This document shows positions 1 to 8,993 of a stretch of DNA of 45,887 nt, one piece after another. Below the pieces are notes generated by a model. It saw nothing but the letters and a program-made list of their open reading frames with translations. It was not told where the DNA came from and ran no database searches. The number at the start of each line of letters is the position of its first letter. The stretch's first letter is position 1. The stretch is from Verrucomicrobiales bacterium (GTDB lineage Bacteria > Verrucomicrobiota > Verrucomicrobiia > Verrucomicrobiales > V1-33), in assembly GCA_031411295.1 (NCBI GenBank), contig JANOAV010000162.1:1-45887 (forward strand), given 5' to 3'. Made by a program: the position numbers and the translations under genes.

Positions 1-48
1 CATTTAAAGAAATGGGGCTTTATCGTGCCATCCGAGCTTGTGCGGTAA
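1..48 (+). CDS. C-terminal fragment of a group II intron reverse transcriptase/maturase (partial)
   Basis: Frame 1 reads HLKKWGFIVPSELVR* and stops just before domain V, where intron-encoded proteins normally end. No RT motifs are visible in the window. Confidence 0.65.
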   Translation, partial: HLKKWGFIVPSELVR

Positions 49-140
49 AGCGCACAGAGATCCAACCGCCGTGTGCGGAAAACCGCATGCACGGTGGTGT
101 GGGAGCCCTGACAGGCGCAATCTTGTCAGGGCGACCCGAT
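1..140 (+). mobile_element. 3' end of a group II intron (class IIC-like): end of the intron-encoded ORF, domain V and domain VI
   Basis: Domain V hairpin accgccgtgtgcggaaaaccgcatgcacggtggt (~65-98) has the CGC triad typical of IIC. Domain VI stem gccctgacagg/tcttgtcagggc has a bulged A, and the intron ends ...gacccgAT at 140. Confidence 0.9.
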
Positions 141-156
141 CGTTTAGGCACCATCC

Positions 157-641
157 TCACGGAGTCGGAGGCGTTGGCGGAGCAGTTGGCGGCCGTCCGG
201 GGAAACGTTGTTTCAGGTCATTGTAAATGGTGTCCGTGCCAGCCACCCCGCGTTTTGCCGCTGCTTTCACATTGGCGTAGAACGAGAGGTCCGCCAGATA
301 GGCGTCGGTGAATGCCAGGGAAATGGTGTCCTCCAGCCCCTCACACAGCGGAGCTATTTCCGGGAAACAAGGTTGCAGATCGGCCACTAGTTTCAGATCC
401 TTCGCCAGTTCCGCCATATCAGTGAAGCTGGGAATCAGATCCGGGCGGGAAGCGCGATACGCCACACACTTTTCATGGAATGCCAGAGTGGCATCCCCAA
501 TTTTCGGAAGCGCCTGACGTTCCTGCACCGTTAAGTTAATCAGGAACGGTTCTAACGCGGCTTTTAACGCAGTGACTGCGTCAACGATAGCTGTTTTTGA
601 GCAGCGGTTAATTCGACAGAGATACGATTGTCAATGGCCAT
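157..641 (-). pseudogene. Hypothetical protein (~161 aa) with a 1-nt frameshift
   Basis: ATG at 641 gives MAIDNRISVELTAAQK. Adding one A to the A5 run (+ strand T5 at 594-598) continues TAIVDAVTALKAALEPFLINLTVQERQALPK into ORF 157..528. The span is 485 nt (3n+2). Confidence 0.75.
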
Positions 642-807
642 GGCTTTAGGTTTTGGGTTTGGTGCAAACCCATCCCAAGTCAATCCCGGCGTGGTATCCC
701 ACGCCAACGAAGGGTCGTCCCAGTTAAATGAGTTTGGCATAGGCGGGCCTTTTATTTAATTTCACTAGCTGTGACAAGATTTATTTTTTAGGTGCCGGAC
801 AAAAAAA

Positions 808-940
808 GGTCTTCGGGTAAGGAAGAAAGCGAACAAGTGCCGAAGGCCGAGCGCAGCGAGTTATGCCGGTCTCTTGCTTACCCGCAGCGACAGCCAAGAC
901 TCCCAAAATCCTGTCAAACCACGAAATTCCCGGAAGAACC
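808..940. mobile_element. Possible MITE or IS remnant
   Basis: Imperfect terminal inverted repeats ggtcttcgggtaa (808-820) and ttcccggaagaacc (927-940) enclose ~105 bp with no credible coding content. No target duplication is evident. Confidence 0.4.
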
Positions 941-1156
941 CAGTCTTGGAGTGGTAAAATTTGGGTGCCCCCAACTTCACTCCCATTTCCCCTCTGCGGC
1001 AGCGGCAGATTTTAAAACCACATCCTCAAAATTCACTTGAATAGTAATCCGCTGAGGTCTCATTGAGCGATATGCTGCTGAAGCGCTCACGCATAATGTT
1101 ATAATCGGATAATTTCGCCCCCCCGCTCACGCTCCAATTTTTTGTTCCACCTATTT

Positions 1157-2050
1157 ATGAAACCAACATTTTTTACACACCTTCGAATCTTGAATCTGTG
1201 GATCATTGTTACCTCGGCTCTCGCTTTCGTGCTGGCCCGATCATCACTCTCAGCTCAAACCATAGACTTTGAGACTTTGCCAGATGGCTCAGTCATGACC
1301 GTCGCCACCGTCGTTTCCGATCAATACAATGTTGCGCCGTATGGGGTCAGTTTTAAATTCGCGGATGGCTCCTACCCTGTGATTAGGAAGGTTGGTGGAT
1401 TTAATGCCTCCACCGGAAAGCCCTCTGCATTTTGGGGCTGGCCCAATAGCACGGGAAACAATACGCCCGCGCCAGGTCAAAATGTTGGCAAGTTTTTTTT
1501 AACGGATGACAGGTCCGTGAATGATCCGCCCCCACCACTGGTCGTCACCTATGCGCAACCTGTAGCCGCTGCCAGCGCCTTCATCCTTGATATAGATGGC
1601 AACGAGGCTTGGGATATCTATGCGCGAAATGCAACTGGGCAGGTGATTGCGCAAGTGCATTTAGAGCATGGCACGCCTGGAACTGGTGATGGTATCGCGA
1701 CGCCTTGGTCATTTGCTCGTCCGGCAGCGGACATCAAGTCGATACGGATCGTCTATTCAGGAAATCCAGATGCCAACGTCGGTCTGGCGTTCGATAGTTT
1801 CTCGCCAGCGACCGCCCTCACTATACCCGCGCTGGCAAAAACGGGGGTTACTGTGACTGCTGGTACCGTGACGCTAGGAATCACCGGGACGCCTGGTGCG
1901 GTTTATCACGTTGAAGCCGCCGATAGTCCAGAAGGTCTCTGGCAGTTTGTAACCAGTGTCGTTTTTCCTGACAGTCCCGCAGAGATTGTTTTGACCGATC
2001 TCGAACCCTTAGCCGTCCGGCGCTTTTACCGGGTCAGGGGGGTGCCTTGA
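1157..2050 (+). CDS. Secreted hypothetical protein with a verrucomicrobial-type C-terminal 'FYR' domain
   Basis: Signal-like N-terminus ending SLSA-QTIDFE, a beta-rich core, and C-terminus YHVEAADSPEGLWQ...RRFYRVR. Confidence 0.8.
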   Translation: MKPTFFTHLRILNLWIIVTSALAFVLARSSLSAQTIDFETLPDGSVMTVATVVSDQYNVAPYGVSFKFADGSYPVIRKVGGFNASTGKPSAFWGWPNSTGNNTPAPGQNVGKFFLTDDRSVNDPPPPLVVTYAQPVAAASAFILDIDGNEAWDIYARNATGQVIAQVHLEHGTPGTGDGIATPWSFARPAADIKSIRIVYSGNPDANVGLAFDSFSPATALTIPALAKTGVTVTAGTVTLGITGTPGAVYHVEAADSPEGLWQFVTSVVFPDSPAEIVLTDLEPLAVRRFYRVRGVP

Positions 2051-2400
2051 CAAAATCTGTGCGTCGTGCCCCTTCCCCACAAAAAAGCAGCCGCAAGGCA
2101 AATTCCGGATCCTGATCGGTAATGGAGTAGTCCCTCCCGCGCCAGAACTTGGAGCTGTTGCAGTTTGATATCCAGCCTGTCGAATTCAAATGTCCGACCA
2201 TTACTGGTTATGAATTGCAATCCTGGGTGCGTCATGACTACCGAAAACGTCTCTATTAGGTCACCGCCCGCAAGCTTGGACTTGGCCAAACGCCTCGCTT
2301 CCACCGCTGACGCCAGCAAGACAAAATAGGAACTCTGGTCCACGGGCGGTCATAATACCCGGGGCAGTCTGGATTCTTCACCGAAGAAGCTTTTGTTCAT
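2026..2400 (-). pseudogene. Degenerate paralogue of the N-terminal domain of the 4153..4947 protein
   Basis: 17/47 ungapped identities (GDLIETF...GLQFIT...IKLQQLQVLAREGLL vs GDLSETF...GIEFVT...IQPQQLRALELAGLL). An upstream in-frame ATG at 2400 is separated from ORF 2026..2343 by an in-frame TGA. Confidence 0.6.
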
Positions 2401-2779
2401 ACGCTTGGGTTAATCTGGAGACAGCGTTGGATGTCGCTATCAAACTGCATCGGCTTATCGATGATTGCCGGCTTGGGATTGCCGTTATTGCCGTTCATCT
2501 TGGTGCAACATTTGCGGGCGCGCAGCGTCTGGGAAAAGCAATTGGCACCTCAGCTCTCGGCCGTTGACGCCCGTTTACGCACGGATGAAGCCAAGAGCTA
2601 GGGCTTAAATGCCGGTGGCCCGCTTCCAGACCAACATTTTCGTTTGGTTCGTTATGGCCATTAGCTTCGGATAGGCGAAAACTCCAGATCGCAGGCGGCT
2701 GGGGTGTTTGCTGTCAAAAGCGCTGCCTTTCCTTGTAAGCTGGACAAACCGCCGGGCAAAAGCAATGGAATATGTTAGG

Positions 2780-3286
2780 CTAGTCTCCCAAGTTTAACAC
2801 TCCGAACGTTTGATGATGTGAGACCCGCACTGAGAGCAACTGGAACGCCAGGCTTGACTCCGTGTGCAACAGTTTATGCACGCCTTCACACTTCACATCT
2901 GCCGTGAGGTAATGAGTTATCGAAGGAGTCACATGAGCCTGCGCAAACATTTTTGTGTCATTCGGGATGATCACGCGCTGTTGACTAATCTCCGGCGGAA
3001 GTTGTTATCGCTTGGCGAATACAACGCGGGCAAATTCACCCGCCGTGACAGCATGATCAATGTTGAATGGCAGCACCCGGAGATATCTCATGGGCAGGTT
3101 ACCGATACTATCTCTTACGGCATACTCGGCCAGGGCAATGGTGGACACGTAGATCAGATGATCCGCTTCTTGGAGAAACTTCAGGTAGCCTCGGGCATTG
3201 CTGTGAAATTGATCTTGAGGGTTATTCAAGCGGATGAAGAAACTGGTATCACAGAGGACGCCGTATTTAGCTGAGGACTTAGCCAT
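2780..3286 (-). pseudogene. PIN-domain (VapC-like) protein interrupted by an in-frame TAA at 3005-3007
   Basis: GVLCDTSFFIRL, STIALAEY, then in the same frame after TAA: QLPPEISQQRVIIPNDTKMFAQA...YLTAD. The acidic PIN motifs lie on both sides of the stop. Confidence 0.8.
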
Positions 3287-4055
3287 TGGAACCTCCTCGT
3301 ATTTCATCTAGCCATTGATCTACATCTGCTACACCACTCCAAGCAGGAGCGGCCTTCTTCAGCAGTCCGTCTAAATAGTCTTCAGAGTATTGCTGATCGT
3401 AATCAAATAATTCAAGCAGCGTCAGTGAAGTCCGATCCATTTCGAAGGTCTTGAGATTTTGCCGACCACTGACCCGAACCCCAAATTTTTTATAGAGCAA
3501 ATTCTGGTCCGTTGCTCTGAGGTAGTTCTTATCCGTGGTAATGTGCAATGATCCGAATTCCTCAGTGTCCAAGTGGATATTGGGAACCGTCTTCCCTCCA
3601 GCATTTGTCAGTTCTCCGTATAAATAAAATTCTGCCTCCACCCATTGCTTTTCATCACGCAAATAGTGCGTCGACTTGTCGATGCGGAGCTCTTCGCCAT
3701 AGGCGCGGATCGTGACAATGTAATCTTTTGCCACGGCCAGATGCTGGAAACTTTCCACCGCTGCGGCTGTTTTTTCATGGAGGAAATCCAATTACCCTTC
3801 AGCACTTATTTGGGACAGCACCGCACCAAAGCCAATCACGGTCTGCATCACCTTGCGGAATTTGTGCCGCACAGACCCTTCCACGATCTCATAACTGATG
3901 AGCGGACGCTGCGAACGCTTTTCGACGGGGAAAAAGAGGTGGGCTGCTTGGCCTAGAATTTCACGGACCTCCTCAACGTCAATAAGCGAGGGAGTGAGTC
4001 TCTGTGATCCCACAGATCCCTCAATCCTGATTTCTATTTCGCCCATTGCTTCCAT
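3279..4055 (-). pseudogene. Hypothetical protein, putative partner or antitoxin of the PIN protein, interrupted by an in-frame TAA at 3792-3794
   Basis: ORFs 3792..4055 and 3279..3791 abut in the same frame (QISAEG*LDFLHE). The C-terminus DQWLDEIRGG is antitoxin-like, and the stop overlaps the PIN start (ATGGCTAA). Confidence 0.75.
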
Positions 4056-4152
4056 CTTCCAACTTCACAGGCCAGACTTGATTTTCAACCGCTAAATGGT
4101 TGGGAGAGCATGACCGGGATCAAGTGTTGCGGATTCTCACTCGACAGCCATC

Positions 4153-4947
4153 TCACAGCACGATCCCATAATCCTTGAGCCATGCCCTCAATTGATCGGG
4201 AATGGTGCCTTGGGGATCGTGTTCGTCGAATTGTTTGTAGAGTTTGCCCATTAGGTCCGCTTGGAGGTTTTTGACGGTCTTTTCCTTGAGGAGGAGCACG
4301 GGTTTGTTCTGGGCCAGCAAGTAGCCCACTTCAAGGCCCACATTGGCATTGGGTTCGTCTTGGTCGATGCGTTCATAGACTGCGATGCCGAAGCTACAGG
4401 CTTCCAAATGCGTCCTGACGTTGCCCCAGAGGTCCGCATGAAACTCGTTCTGATCCGCTCTGAGAATGGAGAGACCCAGGTCATCCCCGGTTTCTTGAAT
4501 CGCCTTCACAATGCCGTCGAAGGGTTTGCCTGGGGTGAACCTCATGATGAGAAACCCCGTCTTGGAAGGGTCGGGGTATCTCCCACGGAGACGGTTTAGC
4601 GAAGCATTTAATTCAGGCGGAATACCGTGGGCGAACGTGGAAACAGGTAAAAGTTCATCGGCCTCGCCAAAATTGGAATCTACGGCTTTGAAAATAGAGC
4701 CGAGCACTGTTCCTTGGCCTTCCTCTGGAATAAACAGGAGGCCGGCCAACTCAAGAGCCCTTAATTGTTGTGGTTGAATCCTCGGACCCGCCAGTGCAAT
4801 CGCTTTCTCCTGGTCGGTAACGAACTCAATCCCGTCTCCCGCATCGAAAAAAGCAAAGGTCTCCGACAAATCTCCACTGCGCAGCGCGGCAACCATGCTT
4901 CTAGCAATTTGCTTTTGGGTATCGGTTAAATTGTATTTCTGTTTCAT
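4153..4947 (-). CDS. Protein with a C-terminal TIR-like / nucleoside 2-deoxyribosyltransferase-like domain
   Basis: GFLIMRF, LRAD, NANVGLEVGYLLAQNKPVLLLK and LQADLMGKLY motifs, after a ~100-aa N-terminal domain of unknown function. Confidence 0.75.
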   Translation of the reverse strand: MKQKYNLTDTQKQIARSMVAALRSGDLSETFAFFDAGDGIEFVTDQEKAIALAGPRIQPQQLRALELAGLLFIPEEGQGTVLGSIFKAVDSNFGEADELLPVSTFAHGIPPELNASLNRLRGRYPDPSKTGFLIMRFTPGKPFDGIVKAIQETGDDLGLSILRADQNEFHADLWGNVRTHLEACSFGIAVYERIDQDEPNANVGLEVGYLLAQNKPVLLLKEKTVKNLQADLMGKLYKQFDEHDPQGTIPDQLRAWLKDYGIVL

Positions 4948-5131
4948 GATTTTCAATTCGTGCTAGCTTTTGAGTGATAGGGGCGGACTTTTCCTTAGGC
5001 GGGACGGAATAGCAAGGGAAAGACAACGTAGATCAATCTAGCGGTAGCAAGTGTCCGGCAGTAAGCGCGATAATTCACCCCATCGACCTTACAGGGATAT
5101 TCGAGCGGGTGATTGCAGAGCAAATCTAGGC

Positions 5132-6025
5132 CTATGGCTTAGTTACCTCGATGCGGTAGAAGTTACGCTGCAATTGGCTGTTGGGATCGATGGCCGATCC
5201 GATGTTGGCGGGGTGTGAGATTGTGCTGCCGGCCACGGGGAGCCAGTTGACAAGATCCGTAGAACCTTTGAGGACATAGGTCCGATCCGCGAACCATGGA
5301 GTGAAGGTGATTTGCTGCGGGCCGTTGGCCGTGCTGAGCAGGGACATTTGAAATAGTGAGGCGGTATCCGTGGGCGTCGTGCCAAAGGTGAATTCCATGA
5401 CGTTTGTCTGGCCGTCGTGGTCGGGATCTTGGGTGGGGGCGGCGTTGGGGTTGTTGAGGCCGAAGTATTGGACTTGCCAGGAGTCGGTGAGGCCATCGGA
5501 GGCGTAAGTTCCGAAATTATCGGGCAATGTATCAAGCACGGTTAGGCTGATGCTACCGAAGATTCCTGCGTAGGTGGCTTGGGCAGTGGCGGGGGTGTTT
5601 TGATACACGCTGGCGGCGGTGGCCAGGCCCGATAGGCTGATGCTGGTTAATGGGCCGCTGAGGATGCTCCAAGTGGGCGCGTTGGGAGGCAACAGATTGG
5701 TAGTTCCGTCGTCGAGCAGTTGCATGGTTGCGAGTTGGCGGGTGGCTCCTTCATTGATGGTGGCGGGGGTGGCGGTGATTTGCAGGGCCGTTACTTCGGT
5801 GAGTTGCGCGAGGTATCCTTGCTTGGCTGTTTCTAATGGAAGGGCGACGGTGGAAATGCCGCTTATGCCGCCCAGGCTGGCGTCGTTAGTGTAGGTGGCG
5901 CTGGCGGTGCGTTTGCCAGCAGCATCTGTGACGTCGGTGGTTAGGCTGTAGCTGAGGCTACTGCGTGGACCTGCGTGGACGGTGCATACCAGGAGCAGGA
6001 AGGCATGGAGGGAGTTTGGTTTCAT
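5132..6025 (-). CDS. Secreted protein with Ig-like and DxDxDG motifs and a C-terminal 'FYR' domain
   Basis: Signal peptide, DGLTDSWQVQYFG, DPDHDGQTNVMEF, YVLKGSTDLVNW...RNFYRIE. Lies 30 bp downstream of the Kelch gene. Confidence 0.85.
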   Translation of the reverse strand: MKPNSLHAFLLLVCTVHAGPRSSLSYSLTTDVTDAAGKRTASATYTNDASLGGISGISTVALPLETAKQGYLAQLTEVTALQITATPATINEGATRQLATMQLLDDGTTNLLPPNAPTWSILSGPLTSISLSGLATAASVYQNTPATAQATYAGIFGSISLTVLDTLPDNFGTYASDGLTDSWQVQYFGLNNPNAAPTQDPDHDGQTNVMEFTFGTTPTDTASLFQMSLLSTANGPQQITFTPWFADRTYVLKGSTDLVNWLPVAGSTISHPANIGSAIDPNSQLQRNFYRIEVTKP

Positions 6026-6055
6026 GGAAACGAGATTAGGGGTTAGGGCAATGAC

Positions 6056-8854
6056 TCATGGCCGTTGATAGAGATGCATGACGCGGCCAGGGGTCAGGGT
6101 CCATGTGTCAGCCAGTGGTCCTGTGTTCTGGCCGCCATAGACAATCATTCCGCTGCCTGTCCAGATGGCCGTGTGATAACTGCGAGGAGCGGGTGCTCCC
6201 GCAGCGCTCACCGGAGACCAAGTGTCTGAAGCGGGGATATAGCGTGCGCCATCGTTGTAGTAATGCGAGGTGCCGTCGAAGGAGGCTCCACCCCAGACGA
6301 TCATTTCGCTGCCGGTCCAGACCGCCGTGTGGGCCGTGCGTCCGCTGATCGCGCTGATTTCAGGCAGGGCCTTCCAGACGTCCGCAGTGGGATTGTAACG
6401 CGCGCCATCTTTGAAATAGGTCCCAGCGACACCCCCGAAAACGATCATTTCATTCCCGGTCCAAACCGCCGTGTGGAAGGCTCGCGCGGATGGTGGGTTG
6501 GTGAGAGTCATGGCGACCCATGTATTGCTAGTAGGATTGTAGCGCGATCCATCATTAAAGTTGCTGGCACCCGTGCCGCCCCAGACGATCATTTCGCTGC
6601 CGGTCCAAACGGCGGCGTGATTCGCCCGCGCGGTTGGGGCGGCACCTGCGGTGGTGACGCCAGACCAAGTGTTATTGGCAGGGTTGTATCTCCCGCCATC
6701 ATTGAAGGCTGTAGCCCCGTTCGTGCCGCCCCAGATAACCATCGTGGAACCAGTCCAGACAGCAGAATGGCCATTGCGAGGCAGGGAAGCGACGGCTGCC
6801 ACGGGGCTCCAGGTATCGGTGGATGGATTATAACGGGCACCATCGTTGAAATACGTTGCCCCATCATTTCCACCCCAAATAATCATTTCGTTGCCGGTCC
6901 AAATTGCGGTGTGACCATATCTAGCAACGGGGGCGCCTAGGGTCGCCATGGCGGACCAACGGTTTGTTGCGGGATTGTAGCGCTGTCCGTCTCCCCACGC
7001 GATTCCTCCGTAGCCGCCCCACACGATCATTTCACTGCCAGTCCAAACGGCGGTGTGCCTCTGACGACTGTTGAGAGCAGGAATGGGGCTGGTGAGTGCC
7101 AACCAAGTATCGGTGGCGGGATCATAGCGGCTGCCGGTATTCAGGTAGTTTCCAGTGAGGAAAAGCCCGCCCCAAACGATCATTTCACTTCCGGTCCAAA
7201 CGGCGGAGTGGAGTCGGCGGGCGGAGGGAGCATTGGTAGCGGCAACAACCGTCCAAGCGTCCGTGGCGGGATTATAGCGCGCACCATCATTGAAATTTGT
7301 AGCGGTGGAGGCAGTGCTGTCGCTGCCGCCCCACACGATCATTTCATTGCCAGTCCATGCCATGGAATGATACACCCGGGCGCCTGGTGCTGCGGTCGTC
7401 GATGTCGCCATCCAGGTGTTGGTGGCAGGATTGTAGCGTCCTCCGCTGTTGAGGATGGATCCGCCGGTGGTTCCGCCCCAGACGATCATTTCCGTGCCCG
7501 TCCAGAGCGCTTGGTGATGAATGCGCGCGGCTGGCGCATTTGTTGTGGAAAGATTCGACCAAGTGTTCGTCGAGAGGTTATAGCGGGCACCGGTATTGAG
7601 ATAGCTGCCTCCGACCCCGCCCCAAATGATCATTTCTCCGTTAGTCACGATGGCGGAATGATTGGATCTGGCAGCAGGTGCTCCGGCTGAAACCAGTGCA
7701 GTCCAAGTATCAGTAGAGGGATTGTATCGCGCACCATTGTTGACTGGGTTACCAGCCGTGTTCAGCCCTCCCCAGATGATCATTTCACTGCCCGTCCAGA
7801 CGGCGGAGTGATCCACGCGGGCCGTTGGAGCATTGCTGGTGCTGATGGGCAACCAAGAGTTAGAGGCAGGGTTATAGCGCGCGCCATCGTTGAGCAACGG
7901 GCCATTTCCCTGACCACCCCAAACGATCATTTCTGTGCCAGTCCAGATGGCGGAACTTTGCAGCCTAGCCGCTGGTGCGCCTACGGTGGGAAGCGCGGAC
8001 CAGGCGTTGGAGATGGGATTGAACCTCGCCCCATCATTGATCAGCACTCCAGCAACGGTGGCCCCACCCCAGACGATCATTTCACTGCCGGTCCACACTT
8101 TGGCATGACGAGCGCGCTCGGCAGGCGTGGCGCCATTCGTGTCCTGCTGCCACCCATCTGCCAGCACGGTGGAGCCAATTTTGAAATATCCTGCATTCAG
8201 CAATGCAGAGTTCTCCGTCTGCGATAAAACAAGCCCTCCACTGGCCACTGCGGTTTGCGCATTGGCATTTAAATTTGCGGCTGCGGCACCCGCCGCAAGG
8301 TTTGATGCCGTCACGGCATTGCTGGCCAATTGCACGCTACCGACCGCGCCCGCAGCGATCTGCGCAGCGCCCACGGCTCCGGGAGCGATCTTCGCGCTAG
8401 TGACCGTGCCATCCGGGACATTGGCTGCCATCATGGCGTAGCCCACTGAGGCTAACCGTTGATCAGGTGTCAGCAGTTGGGAACCGTTGGTGCCATCGTT
8501 GATCCAGACTCGTAAATACACCTCAGCATTGGCGAAGACACTACTGGGGATGGCCGTCATGTGAGGTAACGTGGCGTCGCCTAGCAAGACAGAATAAAGC
8601 CCCTTGGTGACGGTGAGGGCAACGCCCGTGGTCGGCTGCGAGCCAGCCACGCTGCTGCCGTCATTGCTCCAATACGTGGTGGTGCCTGCGGCATTGACAA
8701 GAGCAAATTTGAATTGTCCTGGACCATCGAAATTCACTGTCCCCACTGCCATGCGGCCTTGGTAATTGATCAACGGCGGGACTTGAGCCTGAATGCGCAC
8801 GGTGAGCGCTAGGACAATGAAGACACAGAAGCGAAGGAGTGGGTATAATTTCAT
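6056..8854 (-). CDS. Secreted Kelch-repeat protein (14 repeats, probably two 7-bladed beta-propellers)
   Basis: Signal peptide, INYQGR N-domain, VTSAKIAPGAVG stalk repeats, and 14 copies of R..H.AVWTG.EMI.WGG...G.RYNP....W. Confidence 0.9.
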   Translation of the reverse strand: MKLYPLLRFCVFIVLALTVRIQAQVPPLINYQGRMAVGTVNFDGPGQFKFALVNAAGTTTYWSNDGSSVAGSQPTTGVALTVTKGLYSVLLGDATLPHMTAIPSSVFANAEVYLRVWINDGTNGSQLLTPDQRLASVGYAMMAANVPDGTVTSAKIAPGAVGAAQIAAGAVGSVQLASNAVTASNLAAGAAAANLNANAQTAVASGGLVLSQTENSALLNAGYFKIGSTVLADGWQQDTNGATPAERARHAKVWTGSEMIVWGGATVAGVLINDGARFNPISNAWSALPTVGAPAARLQSSAIWTGTEMIVWGGQGNGPLLNDGARYNPASNSWLPISTSNAPTARVDHSAVWTGSEMIIWGGLNTAGNPVNNGARYNPSTDTWTALVSAGAPAARSNHSAIVTNGEMIIWGGVGGSYLNTGARYNLSTNTWSNLSTTNAPAARIHHQALWTGTEMIVWGGTTGGSILNSGGRYNPATNTWMATSTTAAPGARVYHSMAWTGNEMIVWGGSDSTASTATNFNDGARYNPATDAWTVVAATNAPSARRLHSAVWTGSEMIVWGGLFLTGNYLNTGSRYDPATDTWLALTSPIPALNSRQRHTAVWTGSEMIVWGGYGGIAWGDGQRYNPATNRWSAMATLGAPVARYGHTAIWTGNEMIIWGGNDGATYFNDGARYNPSTDTWSPVAAVASLPRNGHSAVWTGSTMVIWGGTNGATAFNDGGRYNPANNTWSGVTTAGAAPTARANHAAVWTGSEMIVWGGTGASNFNDGSRYNPTSNTWVAMTLTNPPSARAFHTAVWTGNEMIVFGGVAGTYFKDGARYNPTADVWKALPEISAISGRTAHTAVWTGSEMIVWGGASFDGTSHYYNDGARYIPASDTWSPVSAAGAPAPRSYHTAIWTGSGMIVYGGQNTGPLADTWTLTPGRVMHLYQRP

Positions 8855-8993
8855 GATAGTGAGAATTGGTTCAACTACTGATGCACGGTCTCCTGCGAGA
8901 GGTTGCAGTGGTGGTTGATAAAAATTTAAAGAGGACGAAAGAATCGCTCGTCATCATCATCCTCCACGGCCCCTGCTCTTCTCTTCCACTGCC

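Noticed and set aside
1086..1113. dif (XerCD) site
   Set aside because: acgcataa resembles a XerC arm but there is no TTATGTTAAAT-like XerD arm.
2431..2601. 56-aa hydrophobic + strand ORF
   Set aside because: It may be a gene fragment but has no recognisable motif or other support.
6056..8227. DGR template/variable repeats within the Kelch gene, given the nearby RT
   Set aside because: The repeats are in-frame protein repeats with no adenine-specific pattern evident to me, and the RT belongs to a group II intron.
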